Below, piece by piece: positions 6,701-12,963 of a stretch of 12,963 nucleotides of DNA. The DNA comes from Polyangiaceae bacterium (GTDB lineage: Bacteria > Myxococcota_A > Polyangia > Polyangiales > Polyangiaceae): assembly GCA_044376115.1 (NCBI GenBank), contig JBILLK010000057.1:1-12963 (forward strand), in the 5' to 3' direction. Each line of letters starts with the position of its first letter. The stretch's first letter is position 1. The translations under genes were made by a program, and so were the position numbers. Under the pieces are notes generated by a model. It was not told where the DNA came from and did not search any database. It saw only the letters and a list, made by a program, of their open reading frames with translations.

Positions 6701-8101
6701 ATGCGTCCGCTGACCTTTCTCTCCTTCGCGCTGATCGCGCTGGCCAACTGCGCGCCGACGCATGGGCGTTCGGCCCGCGGTAACCTGGTGGTGGACGCGC
6801 CGCGGGACTACGTCGCAGAGCTGGTGCGGCCTTCCGGTCCGCTGACGCAGAAGGGGCCGGTGGTGCGCGACTTCGGTGAGCGGCCGGCGATCATCCAGCG
6901 GCTGGTAACGCTCGATTGGGAGCGCGAGGCCATGGCGAATCTGCAAACAGCGTCGGATGAGGCCAACGCGCGCGAGGTCTCGCAACTGCGTCAGCTACTC
7001 GAAACCTGGTATTCGGAGGGCGGCTACAATCTAATCCTCACCCGCACCCGGGATGGCCAGTGGAGCCGCATCAAGGGCCTCGAGGCGCTGCAGCGCAGCC
7101 TCGCACCGATTGATAGCTCGGAGCGCGCTCGCCTCATCGCCAATACCGCGGGCCACCTACCTTCAGCGGGCAACAGCCCCTCGGCGCTGCGCGAGACCGA
7201 GGACGGCTACGTCTTCATCGAGGAGACTGCAGGGCAAAAGCCGTTAGGCAAATGCTCCATGCAGATGGATGAAACAATCGAGGTGGAGCGCTGGACTGTG
7301 CGCGTGGAATGGACGGTGTTTCGCGACGGCACGATTGAAGAGACCGACCGCGATGAAGTTGGCCAACCGAGGTCCACGATGGAATGCCATCCCCATCCGC
7401 GTGGCCGCGCGCCGGAGGGCTTTATTGCGCATAGCGCGCCGTCGCACTCCTTCCGCTTCGCAGCGCATTATGAGGCTGCGTCCGTTACAGCGTTTGAACG
7501 CCTGGCGACGGAGCTGCGCGCGCACGGCGCTCCGGATGAGCTGGTCCGGCGGGCGCAGCAGGCGGCCAACGATGAGGCCCGTCATGCGCAGGTGATGCTT
7601 GGGTTGGCGGACCGATTGGAGGGAGCGACGGAGGAACGTGCGGACGGTGAACAGGCGCAGAAGGACCGTGCGGAGGAAGGCGGTGCGCGGCTCGCGCCGC
7701 AGGCCGGCTGGACGGTGCGGCCGTTAGCCGCCATCGCGCTGGAGAACGTACGCGAAGGTTGCGTATTAGAGGCCTATGCAGCGCTCGAAACGCTGCACCA
7801 AGCGCGACATGCGGCCGCAGCGCAAGTGCGGGCCGAGCTGGAGAGCGTCGCGCAGGATGAGCTGGCCCATGCGCAGCTGGCCTTCGATCTGCAGGCGTGG
7901 TTGCAGCAAGAACTCACGCCGGGCGAGCGTGAGGCCTGCGACCAAACAATGGCGGCGACGCTCATCGCGCTCGACCACCAGCAGCCGGCGAGCCCGCCGG
8001 ATAGTGGATTACCCAACGAGGCCACGGCTCGCACCATCAAAAAGGAGCTGCGCGCTTATATTGCTATGCAGCGGGCAGAGAGCGCGATAGCGCAGTTGTG
8101 A
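6701..8101 (+). CDS. Lipoprotein with C-terminal ferritin-like (di-iron carboxylate four-helix bundle) domain, myxobacterial type
   Basis: ATG6701 gives the signal peptide MRPLTFLSFALIALAN-C (lipobox LANC). Motifs GRAPEG, EAASVTAFERLATEL..HGAP, DEARH (7571-7585), ENVREGCVLE and DELAH (7856-7870) give two ExxH motifs with preceding Glu ligands. Confidence 0.85.
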   Translation: MRPLTFLSFALIALANCAPTHGRSARGNLVVDAPRDYVAELVRPSGPLTQKGPVVRDFGERPAIIQRLVTLDWEREAMANLQTASDEANAREVSQLRQLLETWYSEGGYNLILTRTRDGQWSRIKGLEALQRSLAPIDSSERARLIANTAGHLPSAGNSPSALRETEDGYVFIEETAGQKPLGKCSMQMDETIEVERWTVRVEWTVFRDGTIEETDRDEVGQPRSTMECHPHPRGRAPEGFIAHSAPSHSFRFAAHYEAASVTAFERLATELRAHGAPDELVRRAQQAANDEARHAQVMLGLADRLEGATEERADGEQAQKDRAEEGGARLAPQAGWTVRPLAAIALENVREGCVLEAYAALETLHQARHAAAAQVRAELESVAQDELAHAQLAFDLQAWLQQELTPGEREACDQTMAATLIALDHQQPASPPDSGLPNEATARTIKKELRAYIAMQRAESAIAQL

Positions 8102-8108
8102 ATAAGCC

Positions 8109-8708
8109 ATGGTATCGCTCGATCAGCTAACGCTCGAACAGAGCTTTGAAGACGTGACCTTTGAAGGGCTCTCCGCCCCCGGATTCGACTTCAGCAACAA
8201 GGAGTTCACTCGCTGCAGCTTCCGCCGTTGCAAGTTCGCTGACAGCGTTTGGGTGCGCACGATCTTGGAGGACTGCGAGTTCGACGACTGTGACCTCGGC
8301 GGGAGCAAGCTGAAGCAGACAGCCTTCCGCGACGTGCGCTTTCAACGTACGCGGCTGATGGGCTGTGATTGGTCGCAGGTCTCCAAGAACCCCGCGGTCC
8401 GCTTTGAAGAGTGCGACCTCCGCTATGTGACGTTCATCGATACCAATCTACGCAAGACGAGCTTGCGCGATTGCCGCGCCACTGAAGCAAACTTTATCCG
8501 CTGTAGCCTCATGGAGGCCGATCTCAGCGGCTCCGACCTAAGCGGCGCCACGATTGAAGATTGCGACCTGACCAAAGCGGATCTGCGCACCGCCCGCGGC
8601 GCGTTCGTCAACCCCGTTAAAAACAAGGTCAAGAACCTGAAGATCGGCACCGAGAGCGCCGTGCTGATCGCCGTGCACCACGGTATGAAGGTCGCCGGCT
8701 ACGAGTAG
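8109..8708 (+). CDS. Pentapeptide repeat protein, MfpA/Qnr-like
   Basis: Continuous A(D/N)LxxX-type periodicity (FEDVT FEGLS, FTRCS FRRCK FADSV, LEDCE FDDCD LGGSK, LMEAD LSGSD LSGAT IEDCD LTKAD LRTAR). The C-terminal helix SAVLIAVHHGMKV resembles the MfpA-type dimerisation helix. Starts 7 nt after the ferritin-like gene stop. Confidence 0.9.
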   Translation: MVSLDQLTLEQSFEDVTFEGLSAPGFDFSNKEFTRCSFRRCKFADSVWVRTILEDCEFDDCDLGGSKLKQTAFRDVRFQRTRLMGCDWSQVSKNPAVRFEECDLRYVTFIDTNLRKTSLRDCRATEANFIRCSLMEADLSGSDLSGATIEDCDLTKADLRTARGAFVNPVKNKVKNLKIGTESAVLIAVHHGMKVAGYE

Positions 8709-8713
8709 CCGGC
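8694..8713. terminator. GC-rich hairpin at a convergent gene junction (possible bidirectional terminator / 3' stabiliser)
   Basis: GCCGGCTAC (8694-8702) and GTAGCCGGC (8705-8713) are reverse complements and span the TAG at 8706-8708. No U-tract. Confidence 0.4.
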
Positions 8714-8717
8714 TGGC

Positions 8718-9206
8718 TCAGAAGTCGACGCGCACGCCCGTGGGCACGAGGCTCACGGTGGTCTTCACGTCGGCCTTATCATCCAGCACCCACACGGTTT
8801 GCTCGCTAGCCAGGCCCGCAATCAACAGGCCAAGTCCAACGAACTGGACCGAGCCGAGCGCGCCAAACATCGGCGCCAGATCTGGCTTTTCTCCAGCGAC
8901 GATGAATGGGCCAGCGAGCGGCACCATGCCTACGAGATAACCATCGTCCTTGGTAGTGAATATACCGCTATAGGCGTAAGCAAGGCCGGAGGAAACAACC
9001 GAGGCGCCCCAAGAGGAGACTCCGGTGATCGTCCCGGTGAGCCAAAGGCCGCGTAGAGGGCGGGTGGTCTCGACATAGCCGGCAGGCGCTTGGAAGCCCT
9101 CCTCCGCAGCCAAGACCTTGCGCGGGGGCCGGGCTTCCTCGGCGTGCGCCGAGCCCGCCGCGAGCAGCGCAGATAAAGCAGTAGCGTACATAACTATTTT
9201 AAGCAT
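8718..9206 (-). CDS. Hypothetical exported/membrane protein (~162 aa)
   Basis: ATG9206 is preceded by a strong SD (TAAGGAG, 7-nt spacer). Sec signal peptide ending AHA-EE, followed by Gly-rich hydrophobic segments (GLWLTGTITGVSSWGASVV, LVGMVPLAGPFIV, FGALGSVQFVGLGLLIAGL). The C-terminus ends in a beta-strand with terminal Phe (GVRVDF). Confidence 0.8.
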   Translation of the reverse strand: MLKIVMYATALSALLAAGSAHAEEARPPRKVLAAEEGFQAPAGYVETTRPLRGLWLTGTITGVSSWGASVVSSGLAYAYSGIFTTKDDGYLVGMVPLAGPFIVAGEKPDLAPMFGALGSVQFVGLGLLIAGLASEQTVWVLDDKADVKTTVSLVPTGVRVDF

Positions 9207-9213
9207 ATCACTT

Positions 9214-9220
9214 CTCCTTA
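9214..9220 (-). promoter_or_regulatory. Shine-Dalgarno sequence TAAGGAG
   Basis: The minus strand reads TTAAGGAGAAGTGAT-ATG(9206). Confidence 0.8.
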
Positions 9221-9265
9221 AGCACGACTTAAGCCAACCCGAACTTTTGGCTGACTTACGCAGCT

Positions 9266-9305
9266 CGCGAGGCCGTGAGCATGCTCGATCGGTCACGGCC
9301 TCGCG
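9266..9305. repeat. 13-bp perfect inverted repeat (14-nt loop), intergenic hairpin
   Basis: CGCGAGGCCGTGA (9266-9278) and TCACGGCCTCGCG (9293-9305); 15 nt downstream of the stop of the 9321-10148 gene. No U-tract. Confidence 0.75.
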
Positions 9306-9320
9306 CTACGGCCACTAATC

Positions 9321-10148
9321 TTAGAATTCCGGACAGGTCGAGATGCACTCGCCGAAGGCTTGCGTGCCCGCCTCGTCTTCACCGGTGAGAGCCAAGCAGT
9401 CGGCTGCCTCAATGCAGGAGGCCTGACACTCGGCTGAGCTAGCCTGTTGCTCGGTGCATTCCGGCGGTTCCTGAGTTTCCACTTCCAAGCCGCAAGAGAC
9501 CGCCTTTGCCGCCGAGGCGTCGTAGGCCGCTGCGCAGCGCTCGATCGGAGTGGGATTGGTGGGTAGCGCTTGATCGAGGTGGTTGCGAAAGATATCGACC
9601 ACCGCAGCGAAGCCTTCTTCGCCGCGTAAGACGTCGCCACAGGTAGACTGCGAAAAACGTAGGTCGCCGATCTGAAGTTCATACCAAGAGTCCTCAACGT
9701 CGAGCTCGCTCCCGGGGCACCCGCGCGAATCTGCACCGACCACGATTTGGTCGAGCGCGGCGGAGAGCTGGCTGAGCTCCTCGGCGCTGAGCTGGGCGGC
9801 TGCTTCAGCGGGAATCACGAGCTCTTTGGTGGCGTCGGGGTCTTGCAGCAAGCCGCTGATGGTGGCTGCATTGGGGTCGACGGTTATCTCATACAAGCCA
9901 GGCCCGAAGCCGGTATAGACGAATACCAAGTCGCCGCAGGGGGAAGGGCTGGGCTGGGTCGCGATCTGACTGATGGGGGCACATTGGTCGTCGGACGCTA
10001 AGTCGAGCGCGCTCGACTCCCAACCTTCTATGGAGGAGTCGCAGCCGGCGCCGAGGCCCATTAGCAGCGCGACGCCAACGGCGAAGCGGGCCGGAGTTGC
10101 GGGAACGAAGCGGCGATTGATGATTAGCGATCGGTAAGAAAAGCTCAT
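9321..10148 (-). CDS. Hypothetical acidic Cys-rich lipoprotein (~275 aa)
   Basis: ATG10148 gives a basic N-region, hydrophobic FAVGVALLMGLG and lipobox GAG-C36. The C-terminal helical module is Cys-rich (CAAAY..SC..EC..ECQASC..DC..ECISTC). The ORF is open from 10265, but that extension would run across the sigma54-type promoter. Confidence 0.8.
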   Translation of the reverse strand: MSFSYRSLIINRRFVPATPARFAVGVALLMGLGAGCDSSIEGWESSALDLASDDQCAPISQIATQPSPSPCGDLVFVYTGFGPGLYEITVDPNAATISGLLQDPDATKELVIPAEAAAQLSAEELSQLSAALDQIVVGADSRGCPGSELDVEDSWYELQIGDLRFSQSTCGDVLRGEEGFAAVVDIFRNHLDQALPTNPTPIERCAAAYDASAAKAVSCGLEVETQEPPECTEQQASSAECQASCIEAADCLALTGEDEAGTQAFGECISTCPEF

Positions 10149-10159
10149 GCTGGGCCTTG

Positions 10160-10175
10160 TGCAGCACCCGTGCCA
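10160..10175 (-). promoter_or_regulatory. Putative sigma54 (-24/-12) promoter
   Basis: The minus strand reads TGGCAC-GGGTG-CTGCA (consensus TGGCAC-N5-TTGC) with exact GG-N10-GC spacing. GC is at -14/-13 relative to ATG10148. Confidence 0.65.
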
Positions 10176-10380
10176 ACCCACCATCCTTCGTATTCGCGCG
10201 GAAACAGCGCCGCCTTGCGACCGGGCTGTCAGAGTCGGTCGAAGTTGTGCCAACGAGCGTGCCATGCCGATCGCTTAGCGCGCGGAGGGCACGCAGGTAT
10301 GCGCGCAAAGACAGGCCGCGCTGAGCAACAATTCGGCACAGCGAGTGATCGATTCGTTCGCGCGCAAACACTAGAGCGCA

Positions 10381-11745
10381 ATGCTCAAACCCAAGTCGCT
10401 TGTCTCCCCGCTGTTGCTCTCCTTCTTGATCCTTGGTTGCTCGGATTCCGATGGCTCTGGACTGAGCGCCGGGAGTGGGGGGATCCCCGCCCCGGGCGGG
10501 GGTGGTGAAGGTGCCGTCGGCGGTGCTGGCGGAACAGGGCCTGGTAGCGGTGGGGAGGGCGCGCTTGGCGGCTCCGGCGGGACGGGCGCCGGGAATGGCG
10601 GCAACGGCGGCTCCGGCGCGGGCGGGGGGAATGGCGGCAGCGGTGGCGCCGGCGCTAGCGGTGGAGTTGGCGGTAACGGTGGAGTCGGCGGCAGCGGCGG
10701 CGCCGGGCTGCCACTCGGCGCGCTATGCGACAATCAAGGCGAGTGCGCTAGTGGTGAATGCGCCGACGGCGTGTGCTGCAACGCAGCCTGCGAAGGCGAT
10801 TGTGATAGCTGCCTTCAAGCCGTTACCGGAGCGGCCGATGGACAGTGCCTTCCCGTGCCATCAGGCGTTCTATGCCGCGCAGCCGGCGACGTTTGCGATC
10901 TGCAGGAGGTCTGCGACGGGCAAAACGCTGATTGCCCAGCCGACCAGGTAGAGAGCAATGCCACGGTGTGTCGGCTGGCGGCGGGGCCATGCGATCTGGC
11001 CGAGAACTGCGATGGCGCATCCACCGGTTGCCCAGCCGACCAACTCGATATGGCATCGGTCTGTCGGCAGGCGGCGGGTCCGTGCGATGCGGTCGAGACT
11101 TGCTCGGGCGCGGCAGTCGAATGCCCCGCGGACCAACTTCTGCCGCTTGGTTCGCCCTCGAGCTGCGCACCGTACACCTGTGCCGGCGCGCCAGCCTGTC
11201 CCACGAGCTGTAGCTCTGCACTAGGTTGTGCAGGCGGAACGGTCTGCGTCGAGGGCGCGTGCAGCCCGGGCAAGCTCGTGTTCGTTACGCAGAACGCGAA
11301 CAACGGCAACCTCGGTGGCATCGCTGGAGCGGACAACGTTTGCCAAACGGCGGCGAACAACGCTGGGATCGCCGGCACCTTCAAAGCATGGCTGGCCACG
11401 CAGGCCCAAGGCCCAGCCGTCACCTTAACGCCCTCCAGCCTGCCGTATGTGCGCGTGGATGGCGTCAAAGTAGCCGACAACTGGACCGACCTAATCGACG
11501 GCTCGCTCGATGCACCAATCCGCGTCAGCGAGCTTGGGAATCTGCTCGCTTCGAGCTCGCTCGTGTGGACGGGGGCAACCCAGCTCGGTCAACCGATCTC
11601 CACCCTGCAGTGCGCTGATTGGTCCACGGCGAGCAGCGATACGGTCGCTGTGGTTGGCAATGCAGCAAAACAGGGCAGCGGCTTCTCGGTTTGGCTCAAT
11701 CGCCCCTGCGATCAGCCGCAACGGCTGTACTGCATTCAGCAATAG
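10381..11745 (+). CDS. Surface lipoprotein: Gly-rich linker, Cys-rich repeats, three disintegrin-like repeats and a C-terminal DUF1554/endostatin-like domain
   Basis: Lipobox ILG-C; ~85-aa Gly/Ser/Ala/Asn linker (~10453-10707); CASGECADGVCCNAAC..C..C motif; three CRxxxxxCDxxExCxGxxxxCPAD units. The C-terminal domain (11272-11742) has VFVT...GNLGGIAGADNVCQ..A..AG..GTFKAWL, VWTG, CADWS and C....RLYCIQQ. Confidence 0.9.
   Translation: MLKPKSLVSPLLLSFLILGCSDSDGSGLSAGSGGIPAPGGGGEGAVGGAGGTGPGSGGEGALGGSGGTGAGNGGNGGSGAGGGNGGSGGAGASGGVGGNGGVGGSGGAGLPLGALCDNQGECASGECADGVCCNAACEGDCDSCLQAVTGAADGQCLPVPSGVLCRAAGDVCDLQEVCDGQNADCPADQVESNATVCRLAAGPCDLAENCDGASTGCPADQLDMASVCRQAAGPCDAVETCSGAAVECPADQLLPLGSPSSCAPYTCAGAPACPTSCSSALGCAGGTVCVEGACSPGKLVFVTQNANNGNLGGIAGADNVCQTAANNAGIAGTFKAWLATQAQGPAVTLTPSSLPYVRVDGVKVADNWTDLIDGSLDAPIRVSELGNLLASSSLVWTGATQLGQPISTLQCADWSTASSDTVAVVGNAAKQGSGFSVWLNRPCDQPQRLYCIQQ
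10873..11133 (+). repeat. Three 24-aa disintegrin-like coding repeats
   Basis: CRAAGDVCDLQEVCDGQNADCPAD (10873-10944), CRLAAGPCDLAENCDGASTGCPAD (10969-11040), CRQAAGPCDAVETCSGAAVECPAD (11062-11133). Confidence 0.85.
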
Positions 11746-11772
11746 AAGTGAGACCGGGCTGGTGGCTTGCTG

Positions 11773-11778
11773 TAACGT
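11773..11778 (+). promoter_or_regulatory. Putative -10 element (TAACGT) of a leaderless transcript
   Basis: TAnnnT hexamer 6 nt before GTG11785, with no SD. Confidence 0.45.
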
Positions 11779-11784
11779 GGCCCC

Positions 11785-12819
11785 GTGCGCCGCTTTTTGA
11801 GCCTGCTCCTGCTTGGTACCGCCGGGTGCCCGAACGCAATCATTGAAGTACCGACCGTGGAGGGCGCTGACGATCAGGTCGCCACCTGCAAGGTGGCGAA
11901 GGATCCGCTCAATCCGCTGATCGTCGAATGGCCCGGCACCAACAAGGTCGAGCTCGACGCTGCCACCAAGTCGGGGATCGTCCTGGTCAGCTACAAGGGC
12001 TGCACGCTCAAGGTTTTGCCCAAGTGCTCAATCGATGGGGGTTACAACTTCACCCCGGTCACGCCTGCGCGGGACACGCTCAAGATGAGCACCGTGAGCG
12101 ATCTTTACGCCAAGCTGCCGCTCGGCGCCGCGAGCCTCAAGGCGGAGCTCGCGCTCGGTACCACGCTCGAGCTCGACTACATTGCCGTTGGCCAGCGACT
12201 AGCGAGTAGCGCGCCCAAAGAGCGCGTGACCGGGGATTGTTCATTAGCGACGCACTACATCGACCGCATCACCGTAGGCGCCTATCACCTCGATGCGCTG
12301 GCGAGCGGCGAGCTTTCGGGCGGCGTGGAAGTACCAGGCGCAGGCGTCGGGGCCGGCCGCAAGGAAGCCAACCGTCGGCTGCGCGGCTCGGGCGAATTGA
12401 CGGTCTGTGAGGGCCAGGCGCCCAACACCGAATCCGAAGCCCAAGCGAGCAAGTGCTACGCGATCTTGCAGATTGGCCTTTCACCGATCGAAGAGGCGCT
12501 GCTCCAGCCCGGTGCTGCGCCGCGTCCGACGGAGCCCGGCCCCGAGCCCAAACCAGAGCCGAAGCCGGTTCCCCAGCCGACCTCTCCCCTACCCCTCCCC
12601 GACAAGCCGCCCAAGAGCCAACCGCGCGGGAACGGGGATATGGATGCGGACGGATTGAACGACCGTATTGACGCTTGCGCCGACGTTCCCGAAGACGTGG
12701 ATGGCTATCGCGATGACGACGGTTGCCCCGACCCCGACAACGATCTCGATGGCGTAGCCGACATTGATGATCGCTGCCCCAATACGATGGGCACGGAGGC
12801 CAAGGGTGGTTGCCCCTAG
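11785..12819 (+). CDS. Lipoprotein: uncharacterised beta-rich N-terminal domain, Pro-rich linker, C-terminal thrombospondin type-3-like Ca-binding repeats
   Basis: MRRFLSLLLLGTAG-C lipobox; Pro-rich linker ~12508-12630 (PEPKPEPKPVPQP); DxDxDGxxDxxDxC repeats at 12637-12816 (DMDADGLNDRIDAC, EDVDGYRDDDGCPDPDNDLDGVADIDDRCP). Confidence 0.85.
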   Translation: MRRFLSLLLLGTAGCPNAIIEVPTVEGADDQVATCKVAKDPLNPLIVEWPGTNKVELDAATKSGIVLVSYKGCTLKVLPKCSIDGGYNFTPVTPARDTLKMSTVSDLYAKLPLGAASLKAELALGTTLELDYIAVGQRLASSAPKERVTGDCSLATHYIDRITVGAYHLDALASGELSGGVEVPGAGVGAGRKEANRRLRGSGELTVCEGQAPNTESEAQASKCYAILQIGLSPIEEALLQPGAAPRPTEPGPEPKPEPKPVPQPTSPLPLPDKPPKSQPRGNGDMDADGLNDRIDACADVPEDVDGYRDDDGCPDPDNDLDGVADIDDRCPNTMGTEAKGGCP

Positions 12820-12824
12820 AGCAG

Positions 12825-12963
12825 CGGAGGGCGCGCGGCCCGAGGCGCACTGCGATTCCCTCGGAGGATTGAGGCAACTTCGGACCCAGGCGCGGCTTTC
12901 CGAACGGAGGGCGCGACATTGGGGCGTGCGATAAACCATCGCCCCGCCCAATGTCCCTCCGAG
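12825..12963. repeat. Palindromic intergenic element (REP/MITE-like or structured RNA), runs off the window
   Basis: Imperfect hairpin 12905-12961 (CGGAGG/CCTCCG, GACATTGGG/CCCAATGTC, GCGAT/ATCGC, loop AAACC). An 11-bp direct repeat CGGAGGGCGCG lies at 12825-12835 and 12905-12915. CTCGGAGG (12860-12867) is complementary to CCTCCGAG (12956-12963). Confidence 0.55.

Noticed and set aside
10286..10304. Plus-strand GGGCACGCAGGTATGC as a sigma54 promoter for the 10381 gene
   Set aside because: The GG-to-GC spacing is off by one from the strict GG-N10-GC requirement.
10371..10733. Minus-strand Pro-rich ORF
   Set aside because: It is simply the antisense of the poly-Gly linker codons.
10873..11133. 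Roughly 95-bp periodic DNA repeats as a possible CRISPR array
   Set aside because: The repeats are degenerate, in frame and encode Cys-rich protein repeats; no cas genes are present.
12269..12951. Minus-strand ORFs 12269-12919 and 12589-12951
   Set aside because: They overlap the TSP3-repeat gene antisense and begin inside the palindromic element; no protein-like features.

Overview
GC-rich bacterial window. The gene content points to Myxococcota (Polyangiales-like), by inference from Cys-rich and Gly-linker lipoproteins, a myxobacterial-type ferritin-like lipoprotein and TSP3-like repeats. Eleven CDSs are supported, and no rRNA, tRNA, CRISPR array, transposase or integrase is visible. The left part (1-4168) is a lower-GC, tightly coupled three-gene operon: a small hypothetical protein, a signal-less serine hydrolase (beta-lactamase/PBP fold behind polyglycine-hydrolase-like repeats) and an RCC1/BLIP-II-like lipoprotein. 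This is a candidate enzyme plus cognate inhibitor (effector-immunity) module. The middle holds a DUF4336-like metallo-beta-lactamase-fold gene, a LigD-like gene with an intact primase-polymerase domain but a ligase domain lacking the catalytic Lys and OB domain, a ferritin-like lipoprotein and an MfpA/Qnr-like pentapeptide repeat protein. The right part holds a membrane protein, a Cys-rich lipoprotein with a sigma54-type promoter, a disintegrin-repeat/DUF1554 lipoprotein, and a TSP3-repeat lipoprotein ending at a palindromic REP/MITE-like element. Four genes have a TAnnnT box 6-9 nt before the start codon, suggesting leaderless transcripts. Family assignments come from motif recognition by eye; no searches were run.
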